Of a DNA stretch of 38,327 nt, positions 31,579 to 38,327 are shown piece after piece (position 1 is the first letter of the stretch; every line of letters starts with the position of its first letter). Origin of the DNA: a virus; IMG/VR virus record IMGVR_UViG_3300000894_000001. One strand, given 5' to 3'. A program made the translations under genes and the position numbers. The notes under the pieces were generated by a model, which ran no database searches, had not been told where the DNA came from, and saw only the letters and a list, made by a program, of their open reading frames with translations.

Positions 31579-31922
31579 TGTATATTTATAAAGATTTTAA
31601 ATATGTACAATATATTATAAATTTGGAATTCGATGAAGGCTATGATTTATATCAATTATGTATTAAAAGGATAAATGATGAAACCATTAAACGTGAAGAT
31701 GATAAGTTATGGTTAGCCTTTATCAATTCTGGATTTGAAGGTACATTCGAAGATTTTAAAAAAGAACTGCAAAGAAAATCTAATATCACACATATTGATG
31801 ATCGTGATCGGGATAATGATATAAATAGGATTATCAAGGACAGTGAAGACTTAAGAAAAAAAATGCAGGAGCAAGACAAATTAGAAAATTTAAATAAAAT
31901 AATGAATGAGGTGATAATGTGA
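31578..31922 (+). CDS. Tail assembly chaperone, gpT-like part (possibly expressed as a G-T fusion)
   Basis: It is in the -1 frame relative to the upstream ORF and has a TAATG stop/start overlap. Confidence 0.55.
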   Translation: MYIYKDFKYVQYIINLEFDEGYDLYQLCIKRINDETIKREDDKLWLAFINSGFEGTFEDFKKELQRKSNITHIDDRDRDNDINRIIKDSEDLRKKMQEQDKLENLNKIMNEVIM

Positions 31923-32551
31923 TAATTACACCAACACAATGTAAAGCATTATTACAAAATAATACCTTGACAGATTTGTCTATTAATACATATATTCCAG
32001 TTGTTGAGCAGGCTATATGTGATTATTGCAAAGATGATTTTTTAGACAGGTCAATATTAAATAACGGATATTATTTGAATGCTTATACACAAAGTAGCAA
32101 ATTAACATTTACACAAAGTACAAATAGTGTGAATGATTCAGATAGTAAGTTGGATACTTATAATTTTAAAGTTGGGGACAGTGTTAGGACATATTTTACA
32201 AGAAATAACCCTAACACATTTACTATTAAGAGTATTAGTGCATCTTCAATCGTTTTTGAAAACTTGAATGAAATAGCAGATGAAAACTTTGGAAGAAATA
32301 TATTAATAGCAAGAGTTTATTATCCAAAGCCATTAATATTAATTGCTGCACAAATGATTAAATTTAATTTATCTAAAATTGATTTAGCATTAAAAAGTGA
32401 ACATATCGATGATTACACATATACAAATTATGATAAGTATATAGATGGTTATCCTCTGAGTATAATGGGTTCTTTAAATAATTATCGTAATTTGTATAGA
32501 AAAACATTACCAATGAACTGGCAGTTAGGTGGTATGTACTGTGATTGCTGA
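31919..32551 (+). CDS. Hypothetical structural protein with head-tail connector (gp6-like) N-terminus
   Basis: ITPTQCKALLQNNTLTDLSINTYIPVVEQAICDYCKDDF resembles the Phage_connect_1 N-terminal pattern. It has a GTG start after a GAGGTG RBS. Confidence 0.5.
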   Translation: MIITPTQCKALLQNNTLTDLSINTYIPVVEQAICDYCKDDFLDRSILNNGYYLNAYTQSSKLTFTQSTNSVNDSDSKLDTYNFKVGDSVRTYFTRNNPNTFTIKSISASSIVFENLNEIADENFGRNILIARVYYPKPLILIAAQMIKFNLSKIDLALKSEHIDDYTYTNYDKYIDGYPLSIMGSLNNYRNLYRKTLPMNWQLGGMYCDC

Positions 32552-32855
32552 TTTTTACGTACCATGTGAATTAAAGAAAAAAGTAGGAAATAATAAAAAT
32601 GATAAATTTGAATATACAAATAATTATTCTACTATTCCAATGAACGGATATTTAGGTAGTAGTAATGATATTGAATTATTAATAGATGGCAAAACTACAG
32701 TGAGGACACAGGCAAGATTTTATTGTGATAATTTAGATATAGATTATGGTGATTTAGTATTGTATGAAAGTATAACTTATAGGGTTATACAAGTACCACA
32801 AAACACAATTCATAAAGACCATCATATGAAATTGATGCTTGAAAAGGTGGTGTAA
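32529..32855 (+). CDS. Hypothetical structural protein (head-closure / adaptor-like)
   Basis: 108 aa with a GTG start. The functional call rests only on size and weak pattern similarity. Confidence 0.45.
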   Translation: MVCTVIADFYVPCELKKKVGNNKNDKFEYTNNYSTIPMNGYLGSSNDIELLIDGKTTVRTQARFYCDNLDIDYGDLVLYESITYRVIQVPQNTIHKDHHMKLMLEKVV

Positions 32856-32858
32856 TAA

Positions 32859-35612
32859 ATGCAAATATTTGACCTGATAGGTACCATTACATTGCAAGGT
32901 GCTGAAAAGTTTGGAAGTCAATTAACACAGTTAGGTTCTTCTATGTCTAAAATGGGATCAAGTATAACTAAAGTCGGTAGTGATATAACAGATGCAATAA
33001 CTAAACCGATTGTAGGATTAATTGAATTTGGGTTTGAATATGATTCAACTATGCAAAATCTAAATGCATCATTTGCAACTATGTTAGGTAGTCAAAATAA
33101 GGCAATTAAACTTACTAAAGAACTGACTGAACAAAGTTTGAAGACACCTTTTCGAACTGTGGAACTTGCTGAGTATGCTAAAACATTATTGAATTATGGG
33201 TATACTAATGAACAGGTCATCCCTGAATTAACACGTTTGGGTGACGTAAGTTTAGGTAATGCAACTAAATATGGTATACTATCTACAACTATGGGTAAAA
33301 TCAATGCTATGGGTAAATTACAAGGTGGTACACTTAATTCACTCATAAAACAAGGATGGAATCCACTTGAACAAATTACTAAAAAGACTGGTGAAACAAC
33401 TGAAGAAGTAAGATCAAGAATGAGAAAAGGTGCGGTTACAGCTAAAGAAGTCGAACAAGCGTTAATTGATGCAACATCGGCAGGTGGCCGTTTTTATAAA
33501 GGGATGGAAACTGGTAGTAAAACTTTTAGTGGATTAATGTCAACATTGATTGATAGGATTGAAATATTTGCTGGATTATTATCTAAACCAATATTTGATA
33601 AAGTAATGCAATTAATGCCTAAAGTTAATGAAATAGTAGGTAAACTCACACATTCAATGGAGAATTTAAGCCCTGGAATGAGGACTGTTATTTTAGTAGT
33701 ATTAACTTTAGTTGCTGCAATTGGTCCATTAATAATGGTTTTAGGTGGATTTCTAAGTATGATTGGTTTTGCCATAACTGGTATAGGTGGTTTAGTTACT
33801 GCATTTACTGCAATATTTAGTCCAATTGGACTTGTTGTTATTGCTATAACTGGTATGATTGTTGCTTTTGGTGCTTTGCTATTAACTTCTAGTGATGTAA
33901 GAAAAGGAATAGCAGATGCATTTAGTAATATAGTTAATAAAATTAAAGAAGCTGCAATATTTATAAGTAAACATATTAATGATATAAAAGATGCTTTCAA
34001 AGGGTTATTGAGTGCAATTGAGACAGGTGACTGGACAAAGTTTGTTGATGCTATGAAAAAGATGTTCCCGTCAAAAGAAGACCAATCTACAATTGTAGAT
34101 TTGATTTTAAAATTTGAGAAATTTAAGAAAAGTTGTATTGAAGTAAGAGATTCATTAATTAAATTTGGTCAATCTTTTGGGGATTTATTTAAAGCAATAG
34201 GTAAATTAGGAGATGCAATTGATGCGATTGGTGGTTCTAATGAAAAAGTAAATAAAACACATAAAAAACATAAAGAATCATTATCTGAATTGATAGATGT
34301 GTTTACTAGTGTTGTTAAAGGTGTCACTAAGTTTGTAAATGCTTTGGTTGATTTACAAAAATGGGGTACATCAGCATCAAAAGCAATGGATAAATTTCCG
34401 GGTCAAGTTGCAGATGCAATTAAAACTTTACCTGGTAAAGTTTTAAAAATAATAACAGATGCCTGGGATGGTGTTAAAAAGAAAACAGATCAATCATGGA
34501 ATAGTATTACTAAAAATTTAACAGATACATGGAATACAATAAAGAAAAAAGCAAATGATACTTATAATGGAATTATAAAATTTATATCAGATAAATGGAC
34601 TGAATTAAAGACTAAAACAAAAAAAGCATGGGACGATATTGTAAATGGTGTAGTTGGTGCATTTATGTGGTTATATAACCATAATTATTATTTTCATGAT
34701 TTAGTTAATTTTATACATAATAAATTTGTGTGGTTAAAAACTAAAGCAATTGAAACCTGGGATGCAATTAAGAAATATATTGTTGATAAATGGACTGAAT
34801 TAAAAACTAAAGCAAATGAATTATGGGAAAGTATTAAAAAAGTTGTAACTGACACATGGGATGGTATTAAAACCAAAGCAAATGAATCATGGAATAATAT
34901 TAAAAAAGTTGTAAATGATGCTTGGGAAAGTATCAAAAAAACAATAATGGATTTTATAAACCCTATCGTAAAATCAGTGACCGACACATGGGATAAGGCT
35001 AAAAAAGCAACAAGTGATACAATTGATGGTATTAAAAAAACAGTAAGCAAACTTTGGGATGATATTGTAAATTCTATCTTTGGTAAAGCAGATCCAGCTA
35101 AAAAAGCAGGTTCACACGTTGCGACAAATGCTAAAGATGGAATAACTGGTATATTTGATGATGCTTATAAGTGGGGTGCAAATGTAATAAGTGAATTGAT
35201 AAAAGGCATAGAAAGTAAAGGTAAAGCATTAGCAAAGGCAGCATCTAATGCAGCAGCAACAATTGCTAAATTTTTAGGATTTCATTCACCAGCAGAGGAA
35301 GGACCTGGTCATGATGCTGATAAATGGATGCCAAATTTAATAAATATGATGAGTCATGATATAGAATCAGGTGTAAATAAAATTAAAAACGCAACAGCAA
35401 AATTAAGTGCTGTATTAAATCCTACCACAGGATTAAAAATAAATACAAACCAATCAATGACTACAAATATACCTAATAAATTTAACACATCAGGTACTAA
35501 CATAAATTTAACCATGTATAACAACATTGATAAAAACGTAGATTCAAATAAATTATTTAATGATTTTATGAGGAAATTAAAACAAAGTGGGTTGGTGATA
35601 ACTCATGCTTAG
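32859..35612 (+). CDS. Tail tape measure protein
   Basis: The N-terminal TP901-type TMP core is present (TPFRTVELAEYAKTLLNYGYT...LGDVSLGN...GRFYKGMETGSKTF). A central multi-TM hydrophobic block follows. A long run of regularly spaced Trp repeats (W..IKKK) and a conserved FLGFHSPAEEGPG motif are also present. Confidence 0.85.
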   Translation: MQIFDLIGTITLQGAEKFGSQLTQLGSSMSKMGSSITKVGSDITDAITKPIVGLIEFGFEYDSTMQNLNASFATMLGSQNKAIKLTKELTEQSLKTPFRTVELAEYAKTLLNYGYTNEQVIPELTRLGDVSLGNATKYGILSTTMGKINAMGKLQGGTLNSLIKQGWNPLEQITKKTGETTEEVRSRMRKGAVTAKEVEQALIDATSAGGRFYKGMETGSKTFSGLMSTLIDRIEIFAGLLSKPIFDKVMQLMPKVNEIVGKLTHSMENLSPGMRTVILVVLTLVAAIGPLIMVLGGFLSMIGFAITGIGGLVTAFTAIFSPIGLVVIAITGMIVAFGALLLTSSDVRKGIADAFSNIVNKIKEAAIFISKHINDIKDAFKGLLSAIETGDWTKFVDAMKKMFPSKEDQSTIVDLILKFEKFKKSCIEVRDSLIKFGQSFGDLFKAIGKLGDAIDAIGGSNEKVNKTHKKHKESLSELIDVFTSVVKGVTKFVNALVDLQKWGTSASKAMDKFPGQVADAIKTLPGKVLKIITDAWDGVKKKTDQSWNSITKNLTDTWNTIKKKANDTYNGIIKFISDKWTELKTKTKKAWDDIVNGVVGAFMWLYNHNYYFHDLVNFIHNKFVWLKTKAIETWDAIKKYIVDKWTELKTKANELWESIKKVVTDTWDGIKTKANESWNNIKKVVNDAWESIKKTIMDFINPIVKSVTDTWDKAKKATSDTIDGIKKTVSKLWDDIVNSIFGKADPAKKAGSHVATNAKDGITGIFDDAYKWGANVISELIKGIESKGKALAKAASNAAATIAKFLGFHSPAEEGPGHDADKWMPNLINMMSHDIESGVNKIKNATAKLSAVLNPTTGLKINTNQSMTTNIPNKFNTSGTNINLTMYNNIDKNVDSNKLFNDFMRKLKQSGLVITHA

Positions 35613-37131
35613 ATATGCATTAATTAATGGTAATAAAGTATTAATTGATACCAATTGGAGATTCAACAAGTCTATAAATGCACAAACAGCATTTAGTTGT
35701 ACTATAATAGATTTATTAGATACCCAATTTGTATTAAAAGGTAATGATATAAAATTTTATGATGGATCCACTTTAATTTGGGCAGGTATTATCATATCAC
35801 TTGAAAAATATGAAGAAGTACCTGGTGTATTATATTATGACCTTGAGATTGCAAGTTATGAATATATATTAAATAGAATAAAAGTAACAGAAGCATATGA
35901 AGGGCAAACGGCGGGCTATATAATAAAGGATATTATAACTAAATATTTATTAAATGATTATATCATTGCAGGTACAATTCAAAATGGTATCACATTCGAT
36001 AGAGTTGTATTTAATTCTACTAGTGTATATGATTGTTTAAATACTATACGTACGTCTAATTCTGGATATAATTGGTGTGTTAATTTCGATAAAACAATAG
36101 ATTTTTATCAAATGCAAACCTATAAATCAGAATCGATAATTAATAATTCATTTATTCATAGAAATTTTAGATATCATGATGATTTAACTGAGTATAGAAA
36201 TGTACAATATTTTGAAGGTGGACTTAAACACACAGCGATACAAACCAAATATAAACCATCCCCAAAGCCAGACGGGGTTTCTAGGGATTTTACACTAAAA
36301 TATGGCTTATGGATGCAACCAGCAATTTATATAAACTCGGTACAAATTAATAATAGTGATGTTGGTATTAATGGACTTGATACAGGTAAAAAATGGTATT
36401 GGTCGTATAATTCTAAGACTATTACACAAGATACCAATGAAACAGTATTAAGTGTAACAGATGTGATAGAAGTCACATATTATGGACTTAGTCCGATTAA
36501 AATGTTATATGAAAATCAGCCATTAATACAAGAACGTCAACAAGCTGAACTTAATTCATCAGGTAGATATGAAACGTATTTTTCTGATAATACTGTGGAG
36601 TCTAATGCTGCAGCAGCAACATATTGTAAGGGTTTAATAGAGAAATATAAAGATAATCAATATGTCACACTAACAATTGATTATGACATCGGTGACATAG
36701 AAATCAATAAATTAATATTTATTGATAAACCATTATATGGTATTTATGATTGGTTTTTAGTTGAATCTATATCTATTTATTATCAAAATCCTGAATATGT
36801 AAGTTATGATGTAAAATTACTATCCGGTGAGAGTGTGGGGAGTTGGGAACAATTTTTTAAACAATTAACAACTGTACAAAATACAATTAACAGTGAAGAT
36901 GTACTTATAAAATTTGTAGATTTATCCGAAACAACAGTACACGCAGGAGTATATATAATCACCAGTACTACACCTATGTATCCAGATGATACATTATATC
37001 CAAGAGATGACTTATACCCTAATTATACGATTGCAGGTATAATCGTTAATCTTTATCCAGATTGGTACTTACATCCAAGTAACACGTTATTACCTGGCGA
37101 TGTGACAGGAGGCACGGTTTTACATGATTAA
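35605..37131 (+). CDS. Distal tail / tail hub protein (putative)
   Basis: 508 aa, immediately after the tape measure gene. The C-terminus has LYP-type short repeats (YPDDTLYPRDDLYPNY...LYPDWYLHPSNTLLPGD). Confidence 0.5.
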   Translation: MLRYALINGNKVLIDTNWRFNKSINAQTAFSCTIIDLLDTQFVLKGNDIKFYDGSTLIWAGIIISLEKYEEVPGVLYYDLEIASYEYILNRIKVTEAYEGQTAGYIIKDIITKYLLNDYIIAGTIQNGITFDRVVFNSTSVYDCLNTIRTSNSGYNWCVNFDKTIDFYQMQTYKSESIINNSFIHRNFRYHDDLTEYRNVQYFEGGLKHTAIQTKYKPSPKPDGVSRDFTLKYGLWMQPAIYINSVQINNSDVGINGLDTGKKWYWSYNSKTITQDTNETVLSVTDVIEVTYYGLSPIKMLYENQPLIQERQQAELNSSGRYETYFSDNTVESNAAAATYCKGLIEKYKDNQYVTLTIDYDIGDIEINKLIFIDKPLYGIYDWFLVESISIYYQNPEYVSYDVKLLSGESVGSWEQFFKQLTTVQNTINSEDVLIKFVDLSETTVHAGVYIITSTTPMYPDDTLYPRDDLYPNYTIAGIIVNLYPDWYLHPSNTLLPGDVTGGTVLHD

Positions 37132-37576
37132 ATTAATAGAAAATCAAAAGCATTCAGGCGTAATTTTAATAAGTAGTAGTCTAGGAAAAAAATGGATTGT
37201 GGAAAATACAATTACTAAAATATTTAATGATGAATTAGCAAAGCCTATATATGGAGGCACGCCAGATTGTCAAATTAAATATTTAGCAATCGGTACAGGA
37301 TCAGATCCACAGTCAAGAGAAAGTACATTATTGACAGCGGAAGTATTTAGGACAGCTGTTACAACTTGTGCACAAAGTGACTACGGACAAGTATTAAGTG
37401 ATTTTACGATTTTAGATACAGATTACACAGGAATAATAACTGAAATAGGTATCTTTGGAGGTAGTACAGCTACAGCAGTAGCAAATTCAGGTACATTATT
37501 AGCAAGAGTCTTATGGTCATATACTAAAAGTGCATTAGAAGAATTATATTTCCAAAGATTAGATACATTAACATAA
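37124..37576 (+). CDS. Tail fibre-associated protein (tail-collar-fibre N-terminal-like)
   Basis: IKYLAIGTGSDPQSRESTLLTAEVFRTAV resembles the (i.fa.GdG......p....t.L.nE.yR) pattern of P2 gpH-type fibre N-termini. Confidence 0.4.
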   Translation: MIKLIENQKHSGVILISSSLGKKWIVENTITKIFNDELAKPIYGGTPDCQIKYLAIGTGSDPQSRESTLLTAEVFRTAVTTCAQSDYGQVLSDFTILDTDYTGIITEIGIFGGSTATAVANSGTLLARVLWSYTKSALEELYFQRLDTLT

Positions 37577-37612
37577 ATGTTGAAAACAAAACATAAAAGG
37601 AGATGATTATAA

Positions 37613-38191
37613 ATGGCAATTCCAGATTATGTAAAGACGGTTTGGGTAAATAATACTACACCTGCGATAAACGCTACAAATCTTAATCACATTGAAAATA
37701 AAATATATGAATTAGATCAATTTTGCATACCAAGGGTTAAACGAAGAAGTTCAAACCAAACAGTCAATAATTCTACCACATTAGTAAATGATGATACATT
37801 ACTTGTCACATTAGAGGCAAGTGGGGTATGGGAAGTTGAATTAAGATTAATAGTAGGTGGTAGTTATAATTCAGATTTCAAATGTGACTGGGTTGTAAGT
37901 GGAGGATTGACACAATATTCCCAAAGACTTTGTGCTTGTGGCAGTGACCAAGGAACTAGTGCGATTTATGATACTAATGGTAACTTTTCAGCAAGAGACT
38001 TAAACGTGGCGAACACATATCACGGGGGAAATGCAGGAAGTTACGGCAGCAGTATAAATGAATTTTTCCTAGTGAATACAACTACGTCAGGAACGTTACA
38101 ATTCAGATGGGCACAAGCAACAGCAGTTGCAGAAAATACAATCGTGCAGTCCGGAAGTTATATGAAAGTTAGTAAAGTAAGAGCTTTTTAA
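37613..38191 (+). CDS. Tail fibre / receptor-binding protein (putative)
   Basis: The N-terminal VWVNNTTPAINATNLNHIENKIYELD is the W..g.tpi.a.nLN.iE motif common to Gram-positive phage fibre and baseplate proteins. It is the last gene of the late operon. Confidence 0.5.
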   Translation: MAIPDYVKTVWVNNTTPAINATNLNHIENKIYELDQFCIPRVKRRSSNQTVNNSTTLVNDDTLLVTLEASGVWEVELRLIVGGSYNSDFKCDWVVSGGLTQYSQRLCACGSDQGTSAIYDTNGNFSARDLNVANTYHGGNAGSYGSSINEFFLVNTTTSGTLQFRWAQATAVAENTIVQSGSYMKVSKVRAF

Positions 38192-38248
38192 ACGTATATT
38201 GCATATTCACATGAAATAATGTAAGATATAAATGATATTAATATATGT

Positions 38249-38327
38249 TTTTTTTTTTCTGATACATTTGTTTATTGTTCTTTGTTGAGTAGGATAGAAT
38301 CTGTGGGTATAATATAGAATAGTTCTT
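38249..38327. repeat. Terminal direct repeat, right copy (identical to 1..79)
   Basis: Exact match by eye to bases 1..79. The window ends inside the hairpin that lies at 70..102. Confidence 0.9.

Overview
The window appears to be a complete, very AT-rich tailed-phage genome with a siphovirus-like layout and no tail sheath gene. Bases 1..79 recur exactly at 38249..38327, so the unique replicon is about 38.25 kb and is either circularly closed by assembly or terminally redundant.

There are two divergent arms, split at about 11630..11700.

Leftward arm (11628 down to 106, minus strand), early and replication genes:
- zinc-ribbon ORF
- catalytic-domain-only tyrosine recombinase
- family-B DNA polymerase
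- SF2 helicase interrupted by a 340-aa LAGLIDADG intein
- RecU-like resolvase
- superinfection-immunity (Imm) protein
- tandem winged-helix regulator
- a 12-unit heptad-repeat protein
- many very small Cys-rich ORFs

Rightward arm (11704 to 38191, plus strand):
- AbrB-like protein and a D5/P4-type SF3 helicase
- an iteron-rich non-coding region (putative origin)
- a gp2.5-like SSB and small early ORFs with an XRE HTH
- a promoter/terminator-bracketed moron encoding an LPXTG-anchored YHYH surface protein
- lysis cassette, then TerS/TerL, portal, scaffold and major capsid
- a free-standing HNH-like gene with its own consensus promoter
- an ORFan block with a Ser/Thr/Ala/Val-rich repeat protein next to a GT-B glycosyltransferase
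- neck proteins and two paralogous tail-tube genes, one with a roughly 175-aa insertion
- G/GT-type chaperones with a -1 slippery site, tape measure and distal tail/fibre genes

A conserved ~33-bp promoter cassette with an embedded inverted repeat occurs four times. The LPXTG motif and amidase endolysin suggest a Gram-positive host. No tRNA, rRNA or CRISPR was seen. All functional calls come from motif recognition by eye; no database searches were run.
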